The notes under the pieces were generated by a model that was given only the letters and a program-made list of their open reading frames with translations, was not told where the DNA came from and ran no database searches. A DNA stretch of 64,000 bases from Candidatus Latescibacterota bacterium (GTDB lineage: Bacteria > Latescibacterota > UBA2968 > UBA8231): contig CBDETK010000013.1 in NCBI GenBank assembly GCA_965242865.1, forward strand, positions 5,056,001-5,120,000, read 5' to 3'. The position numbers and the translations under genes are program-made. This document shows, one piece after another, positions 45,076 through 54,065 of this stretch. The stretch's first letter is position 1; every line of letters begins with the position of its first letter.

Positions 45076-46281
45076 TTACCCGCCCACAGACTCCAAATAC
45101 GCCGCTACCGCCGTATAACCACGCGCCGCCGCCACGCCCCGAGCCGTCTCGTCGCCGTAGTTCTTCGCGTTCACATCCGCACCCTGACCGACCAAATACC
45201 GAACCACCGCCAAATGACCGCCGCCCGCCGCCCAATGCAACGCTGTCCAGCCGTATTCGCCCGTAGCGTTGACGTCCGCCCCATTCTCGACCAAATACTC
45301 CACTACCGCCAAATGATCTTCCGCCGCCGCAGAGTGCAGAGCCGTTAAGCCGTCGTTCCTCGAAGCGTTCACGTCCATCCCCAGCTCCTCCACCAAATAC
45401 CGAACCACCTCCAGACTACCCGCCCAGAACAGAGCCGTCTCGCCGAAGTTGTCCGTAGCGTTGACGTCCGCCCCCTGCTCAAGCAGATACTGAACCACCC
45501 CCAAATGACCATACTCCGCCGCCCTGTGCAGAGCCGTACCGTGGTCGGTCTTAGCGTTGACGTCCGACCCCAGCCCCACCAAAAAACGAACCACCGCCAA
45601 ATGACCATTACCCGCCGCAGAGTGCAGAGCCGTAGAGCCGTCGTTGTCCGTAGCGTTGACGTCCGCCCCCTGACCGACCAAATACTGAACCACCGACAAA
45701 TGACCATAGTTCGCCGCAAGACTCAGAGCCGTATAGCCGTTGTCGGACGTAGCGTTGACGTCCGACCCCAGCCCCACCAAAAAACGAACCACCGCCAAAT
45801 GACCATTGAGCGCCGCATCAAGAAAAGCCGTGAAGCCGCCGCGGGTCGTAGCTTTAACCGACATACCCCCCTGTACGAACAACCGCACAACCGCCAAGTT
45901 GCCATCCCACGCCGCATCAAGAAAAGCCGCCGCCGTGTACTCGATACCCAGACTATCCAACGCCGCACGAGCCGCCGCCGGCGACCGGAAAACCACGGGC
46001 ACCGGCTCCTCCTCCTCCTCCTCCTCCGCTTCCGGGCTATCTACTGGATCCGCAACGACCTCCTCGGTCACCGTGCTATCCGCCCCCGCTGCGGCCGTGC
46101 TATCCGCGGGTGTCTCTGCCGCGGTACTATCCACGCCCACAATCGCGCTCCCACCCTCCTTGAACAAGTCAAATAGACCACCGCTCGACACCTTGCCCGA
46201 AGGCTCCGAAGGCGACACCGGCATAGACCGATCCCCGCAGCCCAACCACAACCCAACCAAGACCAACAGCAAAAAGCGCAT
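45076..46281 (-). CDS. Ankyrin repeat lipoprotein
   Basis: RBS GAGGAGG; lipobox WLGC; acidic linker; about 9 ankyrin repeats. Confidence 0.85.
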   Translation of the reverse strand: MRFLLLVLVGLWLGCGDRSMPVSPSEPSGKVSSGGLFDLFKEGGSAIVGVDSTAAETPADSTAAAGADSTVTEEVVADPVDSPEAEEEEEEEPVPVVFRSPAAARAALDSLGIEYTAAAFLDAAWDGNLAVVRLFVQGGMSVKATTRGGFTAFLDAALNGHLAVVRFLVGLGSDVNATSDNGYTALSLAANYGHLSVVQYLVGQGADVNATDNDGSTALHSAAGNGHLAVVRFLVGLGSDVNAKTDHGTALHRAAEYGHLGVVQYLLEQGADVNATDNFGETALFWAGSLEVVRYLVEELGMDVNASRNDGLTALHSAAAEDHLAVVEYLVENGADVNATGEYGWTALHWAAGGGHLAVVRYLVGQGADVNAKNYGDETARGVAAARGYTAVAAYLESVGG

Positions 46282-46449
46282 CCTATCCTCCTCAGTGAAT
46301 GATTTATAAGCCAAAACTAAGATTATCCGCACCGCCCCAGAGCCACACAAAAAAACGACGGGCCTCCCCCCGCCGAAACAGAGAAAGACCCGGTTCGCAA
46401 TAAAAAGGTGCTGACGATTTTGGCTTAGTGCCCAATAATCTGCTGCGAT

Positions 46450-47349
46450 CTACCGCCCTTCCTCATCCATGAACTTCTTTATGTCCCTGCCGTAGCGCAC
46501 GAGATTCTCCCGCTTTGCGCCCGCTATACCCCTCTCAGAATCAACAGGTTTCCCTGCATGCTCAGAGTAGAACTTTGTCCTCGGATTCGGAAAATCCGGC
46601 CGCAGCCAATAGACTTTCCAGTCATCTTCCTTTAGGCGCACGATACGTGCGATGGAATTATCGATACCCTCTACTTTTTCAACTATAGTACTCTCGGCAT
46701 TTTCATCAAAAACATGCCTTTTTGCTTGCCAGTGTGCATGATTGCCTTGGGTAACGACCACGTCAGGCTTGAGAATACTCACTTCCTTGCTGAGATACTC
46801 TCCACAATTCTCGTACAATAGGTTGGGCTCTTGCCCTGGTCCACCGACATTGGAGAAACACTTCGCCGTTCGCACATGAACAAACAATTCCCCTATTATT
46901 TTTGTACTCTCGTTACTCCAATCTCCTGCTGGAGCTAGATCAACAAAGGGGTCAAGCAGGCTCCTAATGGTCGTCGTCGTTCCTCGCCAGTGTGGGTTCA
47001 GCGAGAAAGACTTGCCCTCCGCTTGCTCTGGCTTTTTTTCCATTGGCTCCGAAGCGGACAGGGAGACAACCACGATACGCGGGATACGGTGGCCTTTGTA
47101 CTTCTTTTCTGAGTAGTATCGGCTGACTGTAGCTTCCTCCGTCCGAGGGGAAAAGAGAAATTTCGAGTCGTCGCTTAAAGGTTTATAAGCGTTCCTACAG
47201 GCATCCCGACAGTCATCCTTCTTACGACAACCGAAAGAGTCAAACATCTTTTCGTAATCGTAATAGCCCTTGCTGTCTTCCACTTCTTTCACAGAAGTAA
47301 TACCAACTTCCTCGTAATACTTTTTGAGTTTGCTCTCCATCTCATTCAT
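46450..47349 (-). CDS. Uracil-DNA glycosylase-like superfamily protein, copy B
   Basis: Same motifs as 41556..42494; identical block YYSEKKYKGHRIPRIVVVSLSASEPM and C-terminus ENLVRYGRDIKKFMDEEGR. Confidence 0.55.
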   Translation of the reverse strand: MNEMESKLKKYYEEVGITSVKEVEDSKGYYDYEKMFDSFGCRKKDDCRDACRNAYKPLSDDSKFLFSPRTEEATVSRYYSEKKYKGHRIPRIVVVSLSASEPMEKKPEQAEGKSFSLNPHWRGTTTTIRSLLDPFVDLAPAGDWSNESTKIIGELFVHVRTAKCFSNVGGPGQEPNLLYENCGEYLSKEVSILKPDVVVTQGNHAHWQAKRHVFDENAESTIVEKVEGIDNSIARIVRLKEDDWKVYWLRPDFPNPRTKFYSEHAGKPVDSERGIAGAKRENLVRYGRDIKKFMDEEGR

Positions 47350-47480
47350 GATTGTCTCCTTTTGGGAATGTTAAGGGCTTGTCGCGATCGAAATCCCCTA
47401 AGTCATCGCAAAGCCTCCAGCAGTAAACGCCGACAAACTAACAAACTTTTGAAAAAAATCAAGAAAATCTTAAAAAAACT

Positions 47481-49811
47481 TCAATAAACCACTGAAATCA
47501 CGCGCCGGACGCGCTGCTGCTGAGCGTCTCCGTCGAGGTGGAGGTCGAGCAGGTAAAGGCCGGGCGGCACCCGGTGCCCGGCTTGGTCGCGGCCATCCCA
47601 CGTGAAATGCCGAGTACCCGCGGTGACCGCTTGCGTCCGCTCGACGAGCACGCGACCGGCCAAGTCGTAGAGCCGCAGGTGCCAAGGGCGCGGCGCGAGG
47701 AGGTTGATCACGTCGGCGCGGACGGTCAGCACGTCGTTTATGCCGTCGCCGTTGGGCGTCAGCACCTCCGCGTCAAAGACGACGTTGAGCAGGAGATCGC
47801 GGGCGACCGGAAGGCCGACGACATTGGTGCTGCTGGCGACTTGGTCCGTAGCATCCCCGGGATCGACGCGCTGGCGGCTGGCGTCCGCCGTGCGAGCGTC
47901 TTGAATGAAAAGGACGAAGGGCGTGGACTGCTGGAAAACTTGGGCGGCAAAGCGCAACTCCACGAGGTCGGCGTCGCGCAACGGCTGGGGGAAGGTCACC
48001 GCAAAGCCCGCTTCAACCGGCTGGGCTGCAACCGCTAGGGGCGCGTCGTTGACCAAGGCGCGAATAAAGCGCGTCCGCGTCGGCGTCTCCAACACGAGGC
48101 GGTCGAACCCGGAGGCCCTCGTCTGGCGCGGGCGCAAAAAGAAGCGGAACTCGGTTTCTTCGCCCGGCACCACCTCGGTCGGGAAAATTTCGCTGACCGC
48201 ACGCTGAGACAACGGGTCGCTGAAGGCAATGCTGAGCGCGTCGAGTTGTAGGGCCACCGCTGGGTCGGCCGTGACCATCCGCAGCTGGAGTTGGGCGTAG
48301 CGGCGCGGCGAAGGCGATTGGAACGCTTGGCCCGAAAAGGCGTAGAGCTTGCTCCACGCGCTCCAATCGTCGCCGATGACCTCAGCGGTGTCGATCGGCC
48401 CCTTGAAGCTCGGAATCAGCTTGTCGTAGCGCCGCTTGCTGACTTGCTTGCCGTTCTTGTCGTAATAGGTCAGCAGGTTTTCGACTTGGTTGCCGGAGCG
48501 GCTGCGTAGCTCCAGTCGAGTGCCCGGCGGGATGTCGGCCTTCCACGACAGGGCGTTGAGGCTTTTGACGCGCTCAAAGTCCATGATGTGCGAGCGAAAT
48601 TCCAAGCTATGAGGAAAGCCCTCGCCGAACACCTGAAGCTCCTCGGCAAACCCCCGAAAGGCCCAGCGATTGCTCGCGTCCCAACTCTTCCACAACACCC
48701 GAATAAAGCGGGTGGGCACCAGCCCAAACTCGTGGGTGGCCGCTCCGGTCACTTCTTTGACGTGTTGGCTGGCCGTGCCAGCATAGTACTTCTGCCAGAT
48801 CAGGGAGCCATCGGGCGCGACCGAGCCAGCGGAACCGAGCACCTCGTAGAAGTTGAACCCAAAGGAGCGCCGGGTGATGAAGAAGTCGATGACCCGGCCG
48901 CTGCCAGCGGTGATGCCGCCGCCGGGCCGGGCCACGACGCCGCCGACAATTTTGAGCTTGTCGATGAAGTACGTGGCCCCCAAGTCGAGGACGATGTGCG
49001 AAAAGACGTCGCGCTCGGCTTGGATGGTGCGCCGCACAAACCAGCGCGTGGAGAGATCGCCGTCGATGAGCACTTGGGCGTTGCCCAGCGGAATGAGGTC
49101 TTGGGTGACGAACGCGTCGAGGACTACTTCGAGATTGCCACCGCGCGCCAGCATCCACAAGGCCAGATTGTCGCCGAGTGCTTCCACCTCGACCTCGAGG
49201 AGACGGGTGCCGGGTTCGAGGGCGAGCAGGTCCAAGCGCACGTACTGGATCGGCGTGTGGAAGGGCTGGTCGAGTTCGTACGCGATCTCGTGGCGGGTAT
49301 TCTCCTTGAATCGCTCGCGCTGGCGGTAGATGACGGTCTCGGCGATGGGGTTATCTACCTCGTCAACGGCGTGTTCGCCCGTGGAAAGCAGCAGGTCAAA
49401 AAGCGACGGTGCCGGGCCTTGGGGGTCAAAGATCAGCTTGACGCGGCGGGCGGAGACTCCCCGCCCCAAATCGAGCTCAAGGGTCCAGTTCGCAGGCGGA
49501 TCGTCGAGCTGGGGACGCCAGCCGGTGGCGCGGTCGCTGTCCATGACCAGCGGCGCGTCTCGCAGATTGGAACCCGCGCGGCGGATGCCGCCGCCAAAGG
49601 CCGCAGCATTGAGCGCGGCATTGATGTCGCGGCGAACCGCAACGGGCTTGAGCCCGCCCTGTGGCGTTAGCGCGACCGTGCCGGGCAGGGGCCAAGCCTG
49701 CCAGTCGCGGCGGGAGGCAAAGCGAAGCTCGTCGGCATTCGCCGGAGGAAGCCAGCCGAGCAAGGCGCAGACGACCGCACCGCAGCGCGTTACGCACCGT
49801 GAAGAAGCCAT
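47481..49811 (-). CDS. Secreted protein with C-terminal TPNGDGxND/FlgD-Ig domain (fourth paralog)
   Basis: Signal peptide ending ANA-D; LELDLGR, RSRSG, WSAWS, SPSPRRYAQ, SEIFP, GFD, TPNGDGIND, WDGRD..G..VPPGLY. Confidence 0.75.
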   Translation of the reverse strand: MASSRCVTRCGAVVCALLGWLPPANADELRFASRRDWQAWPLPGTVALTPQGGLKPVAVRRDINAALNAAAFGGGIRRAGSNLRDAPLVMDSDRATGWRPQLDDPPANWTLELDLGRGVSARRVKLIFDPQGPAPSLFDLLLSTGEHAVDEVDNPIAETVIYRQRERFKENTRHEIAYELDQPFHTPIQYVRLDLLALEPGTRLLEVEVEALGDNLALWMLARGGNLEVVLDAFVTQDLIPLGNAQVLIDGDLSTRWFVRRTIQAERDVFSHIVLDLGATYFIDKLKIVGGVVARPGGGITAGSGRVIDFFITRRSFGFNFYEVLGSAGSVAPDGSLIWQKYYAGTASQHVKEVTGAATHEFGLVPTRFIRVLWKSWDASNRWAFRGFAEELQVFGEGFPHSLEFRSHIMDFERVKSLNALSWKADIPPGTRLELRSRSGNQVENLLTYYDKNGKQVSKRRYDKLIPSFKGPIDTAEVIGDDWSAWSKLYAFSGQAFQSPSPRRYAQLQLRMVTADPAVALQLDALSIAFSDPLSQRAVSEIFPTEVVPGEETEFRFFLRPRQTRASGFDRLVLETPTRTRFIRALVNDAPLAVAAQPVEAGFAVTFPQPLRDADLVELRFAAQVFQQSTPFVLFIQDARTADASRQRVDPGDATDQVASSTNVVGLPVARDLLLNVVFDAEVLTPNGDGINDVLTVRADVINLLAPRPWHLRLYDLAGRVLVERTQAVTAGTRHFTWDGRDQAGHRVPPGLYLLDLHLDGDAQQQRVRRVISVVY

Positions 49812-49814
49812 TTG

Positions 49815-50612
49815 CTACTTCTGCAAGACGCGGCCCGCGCCGTTGCGGTCCCAAATCCCCACCGCGCCGTTGCGCTTGCCATCGGCGCCCAAGAAGACGA
49901 GGTGGGTTCCATTTGAGGCGTTGACATGCAGGCCGCCGTTGCCGCGGGCACCGGCCCCCGCGTAGATCAGGTTGTCGCCGGTGTGGCTGTTGATCAACAG
50001 GCCGCCGTTTTGCAATGAATCGGCGCCGGCGAGAAAGATGTTGACGCCCTCGGCGTTGTTGGCCATCAGCAAGCCGCTGCCCGCGTCTTCCCCCGCGACG
50101 ACCAGCAAGCCGCCGGCCGCGCTCCGCAGCTCCAAGTGGCCGCTGCCAGCCGCGCTCGCGCCCAAGTACGCCAACTGTTCGCCGGCCGCATTATACACCT
50201 GCACCGCGCCTCCCTCGCTGCTTGCAATCGAGACCAGCGGCGCACCCGTAGCCGTGTTGACCGCGAGCAAGCCGTGGCCGGCTGCGTCGGTACTGAGGCT
50301 AACCCCGCCCTGTCCATGGCCGGTCCCCACCCACAACGCGCCGTTTTGGCGTTCATCGGCCGTAGCCACGAGCACGGGTTGGCCTTCGTCGTTGAGGATT
50401 TCGAGGGCGCGGGCGCGGACTACGTCGGCCCCGGACGCCGTGCTCATCAAGGCGGTACTCAGCGACGCGCTCAGCAAGACCGCAATGTCGGTTAGGGCCA
50501 GCGCGGCCAGCAGGGCCAAGAGGCGGCGGCCAATGTAGCGTTCCAAAGAAGCGTACGGTTGAAAGGCGGGCATAAGGGTCCTCTCAGTAAAAGCGGTTTT
50601 CGTCCACCGCAT
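49815..50612 (-). CDS. Membrane-anchored protein with Gly-rich ~24-aa beta-repeats
   Basis: N-terminal hydrophobic segment, then repeated G.G.L.(V/I).N..G..L..LGA; start may be 50573. Confidence 0.6.
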   Translation of the reverse strand: MRWTKTAFTERTLMPAFQPYASLERYIGRRLLALLAALALTDIAVLLSASLSTALMSTASGADVVRARALEILNDEGQPVLVATADERQNGALWVGTGHGQGGVSLSTDAAGHGLLAVNTATGAPLVSIASSEGGAVQVYNAAGEQLAYLGASAAGSGHLELRSAAGGLLVVAGEDAGSGLLMANNAEGVNIFLAGADSLQNGGLLINSHTGDNLIYAGAGARGNGGLHVNASNGTHLVFLGADGKRNGAVGIWDRNGAGRVLQK

Positions 50613-50752
50613 GGGCGTTGGCTATCGCTCAGTACGTCCCGTTGCGCCCGGGATCAAGGGCGTCCCGCCCTCGAAGCGGCTGGTGTCGTGTAGGGCTATC
50701 GTATGAGCATAATTTTGCGCGTCAGCAACTGCACAGGATCGGCGTCGCCCGT

Positions 50753-52450
50753 TCAGAAGTCGATTCGCCAGATCCCTGTGGCTTGTTTGGCCATCCAAAC
50801 TTGGTGTGCGTGGAGTTTCTCCACGGTCCAAGTATCAAAGTCTTCTGCCAGCTTGCGCGTTATTGCGAAGTCGCTCCCTTGGTAGGCCGAGTGCTTTTCG
50901 GCATATCCCGAATTGCCCAAATCGCGATTGGCGGCGGTCGTCAAGAGCGTCATGTTCCCTAGACGATACGTAGCAGCCTCCCGCTGTTGCTCGTCGAACT
51001 GGCCCCAGCCGTCATGCGGATTTTCCGGCAACACGTGCTCAATGTCGTATTTCGCGCTCTCGGCTTCAAAGCGCTGTCCCGACAACTGCGCTTCGAGCGC
51101 GAACAGTATAAAGCGCACGACTCTATTGTTGCGGGAGTTGGTCGTCCGCAGTTCCTTTTCGACAAACGCCGCCCTAAATTCCGCGTCCTCGGGATAGACC
51201 GGCCGCAGCTTTGCAATCGCCGCTTGCACACTGTCGATTGTGCCGGCCGATAGCTCACAGGCAATCCGGTTATATACCACCTCCTGCTCGTTGCTTTGGC
51301 GGCCACCAATCACGTTGTATCGAAACGATACCACCGCGATAGCACGCAAGAACCGTCCAAAGCCGGCGCGGTCGCGTTCCCCAAATCGCTCAAATGCCGC
51401 CAGCAATAACGCCAAGGGCTGACGCACGTTGAACATCTGCAACTGGTCCAGATTTGTGCGCTCCTCTGCGGTCCAAGAGCCGTCCTCTGGCCGACGCAAC
51501 GCCGAATACACCCGCGCGGATTGGTCCATATCGCGGACCAACTGAAACACCCTAGACCGATCGCTTATTGTACGGCGCAGGGTTTTGAACAAGTCTGTCT
51601 TGCGCACCAGCCGGTTGCGGCTGTTCCAGAAAACCCGCAAAAACTCGGGAAAGCGCTCACTGCCCAGCAGCCCGACGATACCATCCCAGCGATCTTCCAA
51701 AGAGTTGATCTCTGATTCATGTGGATTGCCACGCGAGACGACCGAGAACAAGTGATTCTTCAGCAGATCCGTGGCAGACAAGCGCACACCGCGTGCGTTC
51801 AGGGTCTCAAACACCTTGAAGGCATTCAGTTCGTCGGTCACGGTGATGGTCGTAAAAAGCAGCTTATCTACCGCGCCATCGACAAAGCGCGCCACCGCCT
51901 CACCGTCGTCACCGGATCGTTCCTCAATGCGAGCCTTAAACCAGAGAAACGCCCGGCGCAGGAGCTGTTCCGATGCGTTCAACCCTCGTTGCGGCAGACG
52001 CTCCAAAGGGACTAGGTAATGCTGGTAAAAGCGATCGTTGTGCCGATTTAGCTCCAGTTTGGAGCGCGGCACTAGGCTCACCGGGTCCAAATAGCCGATG
52101 TAATTGCTGCGCAACTGCTCGGCGCGTCGGCGTTGTGGGTCCGCCGGGTCGTCCGACGCGGCCAAGTCCGTCAGACGCGCCACCGCGGCCAGCATCAACA
52201 GGCTCAACGTGGTCATGCGTTGCTGGCCGTCGATGATGTTGAACGCCCGGTTGTCCGCCGATTGCAATACCAGATAGCCCATGTAATGAGCGGGTTCTGG
52301 GTCGTCGCCGAACAGCGCGACCAAGTCCTGCCACAGGTCGTCCCACTCGTCGGCCCCCCAAGAATAGTCGCGTTGGAACTGGGGGACGCGATAACTCAGC
52401 CCATTGCCCATGAGTTGGCGAAACGTGCTGTTGGTGGCATTGAAATTCAT
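50753..52450 (-). CDS. GmrSD-like restriction endonuclease (DUF262 + DUF1524 HNH)
   Basis: PQFQRDYSW, IIDGQQR, VFETLNARG, IEHVLP, RLGNMTLL..AN. Confidence 0.88.
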   Translation of the reverse strand: MNFNATNSTFRQLMGNGLSYRVPQFQRDYSWGADEWDDLWQDLVALFGDDPEPAHYMGYLVLQSADNRAFNIIDGQQRMTTLSLLMLAAVARLTDLAASDDPADPQRRRAEQLRSNYIGYLDPVSLVPRSKLELNRHNDRFYQHYLVPLERLPQRGLNASEQLLRRAFLWFKARIEERSGDDGEAVARFVDGAVDKLLFTTITVTDELNAFKVFETLNARGVRLSATDLLKNHLFSVVSRGNPHESEINSLEDRWDGIVGLLGSERFPEFLRVFWNSRNRLVRKTDLFKTLRRTISDRSRVFQLVRDMDQSARVYSALRRPEDGSWTAEERTNLDQLQMFNVRQPLALLLAAFERFGERDRAGFGRFLRAIAVVSFRYNVIGGRQSNEQEVVYNRIACELSAGTIDSVQAAIAKLRPVYPEDAEFRAAFVEKELRTTNSRNNRVVRFILFALEAQLSGQRFEAESAKYDIEHVLPENPHDGWGQFDEQQREAATYRLGNMTLLTTAANRDLGNSGYAEKHSAYQGSDFAITRKLAEDFDTWTVEKLHAHQVWMAKQATGIWRIDF

Positions 52451-52518
52451 CGGCGTCCTCTTTTGGGCCGATAGAGCACTTGCTATTTTCAGCCCAAACT
52501 TACGCAAGGAGGAGGCCA

Positions 52519-53727
52519 ATGGCCAAAATCAAGGAAGTCCGCTGCATCCGCACCCGCCAAAACGGCACCTGGGTCATCGTCAAAATCATCACTGACCAGC
52601 CCGGTCTCTACGGCATTGGCTCGGCCAGCGAGCACAACCACGCGGCCACGGTCGTCACAGCCCTCGAAGAGAGCTTGGGGCCGCTGCTGATTGGCCGCGA
52701 GGCCAGCCGCATCGAAGATATATGGCAGTGCCTCTACACCAGCGGCTACTGGCGCAGCGGCTCCATTCTCAACGCCGCGCTGGGCGGGATCGACATGGCC
52801 CTGTGGGACATCAAGGGCAAGGAGGCCGGAATGCCCGTGTACGATCTGCTCGGCGGGGCCTGCCGTGCGGCCGTGCCCTGCTACGCCCACGCCGGCGGCA
52901 GCGACCACGCGGCCCTCGCCGAGGACGTCCAACGCTACATCGACGAGGGCTGGCCGGTGATCCGCTGCCAACTCGGGGGCTATGGCGGCGGCGGGTTCGT
53001 GGAAAACGCCCCCAAGCCGCGCAACCCGTGGTCGGCGGCCCCGGCCTTTGACGACGAAGCCTATCTCGAAGCCATCCCGGCCATGTTCGACTATCTCCGC
53101 AAGCACCTCGGATTTGGCCCCAAGCTGACCCACGACGTCCACGAGCACCTCAAGCCCCAAGTCGCGGTGGCTCTGGCCAAGCGGCTGGAACCCTACCGCC
53201 TTTTCTTTTTGGAAGACGCGCTCGCGCCCGAGCAAATCGGCTGGTTCCGGCTCATGCGCCAGCAATGCACCACGCCGCAGGCCATGGGCGAGCTATTCGT
53301 CAATGTCCACGAATACTTGCCGCTGATCAGCGAACGCCTCATCGATTACGTCCGTGTGCGGGTGGCCAAAGGCGGCGGCATCACCCCGTGCCGCAAAATC
53401 GCCGCGCTCTGCGAGTTCTACGGCGTCCAGACGGCTTGGCAGGAGGGCGGGGACAACGATCCGGTCAACCAAGCGGCCGCCATGCACTTAGACATGGCGA
53501 GCTACAGCTTTGGCATTCAAGAGGAAAACGGGTTCGGGCCAGCCGAGTTGGAGGCGTTTCCCGGACACGCGACTATGGAAGGGGGCTACATGTATCCCAA
53601 CGACCAGCCCGGCTTGGGAATCGACATCGACGAGGACAAGGCCAAGAAGCTGTTGGTGGGCGATCAGGTGCGCGCTTTTTACGCGGCCGAAGACCGCCGC
53701 GCCGACGGCAGCGTGGTGCGGCCCTAG
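52519..53727 (+). CDS. D-mannonate dehydratase-like enolase superfamily enzyme (ManD/RspA group)
   Basis: RIEDIWQ..Y...YWR.G, DMALWDIKGK, HDVHE, LFFLED, AMGE, FGIQE, PGLGIDIDE. Confidence 0.85.
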   Translation: MAKIKEVRCIRTRQNGTWVIVKIITDQPGLYGIGSASEHNHAATVVTALEESLGPLLIGREASRIEDIWQCLYTSGYWRSGSILNAALGGIDMALWDIKGKEAGMPVYDLLGGACRAAVPCYAHAGGSDHAALAEDVQRYIDEGWPVIRCQLGGYGGGGFVENAPKPRNPWSAAPAFDDEAYLEAIPAMFDYLRKHLGFGPKLTHDVHEHLKPQVAVALAKRLEPYRLFFLEDALAPEQIGWFRLMRQQCTTPQAMGELFVNVHEYLPLISERLIDYVRVRVAKGGGITPCRKIAALCEFYGVQTAWQEGGDNDPVNQAAAMHLDMASYSFGIQEENGFGPAELEAFPGHATMEGGYMYPNDQPGLGIDIDEDKAKKLLVGDQVRAFYAAEDRRADGSVVRP

Positions 53728-53913
53728 GGATTGGGCCGGGCCGATGCTCTAAAAAAAGCGACACGGGCGAATAATCACTCGCCCTCTATCGGGCTGCATT
53801 CCATGCCCCTGCACCAGTCGATTGAAGGCGGCCATGGCAACGCGGAGATGGGCGATGCAGCATCTGCCGCGTCGCCTCAACGCCATGCAAGCCGGGCCGG
53901 TGAACCTCCACGA

Positions 53914-54018
53914 CTACCAAATACCCAGCGCGATGTACTGTGGCGTCGTCAACCCCTCGGTGATGAGGTCTTGGGCGTCTGAGCCATCCCCATCCAAGTT
54001 GGCCCACTGAATTTTACC
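53914..54018 (-). pseudogene. Orphan C-terminal YWTD blade fragment
   Basis: Minus strand reads GKIQWANLDGDGSDAQDLITEGLTTPQYIALGIW*, homologous to the C-terminus of 54066..55775. Confidence 0.7.
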
Positions 54019-54065
54019 CGGGCCCCCGGGGACGGTAGGCGCGGCCAGCGGCCAAGCGCGGCTAG

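Noticed and set aside
41500-47450. Integron cassette array
   Set aside because: No integrase or convincing attC sites (RYYYAAC...GTTRRRY) were found between the genes.
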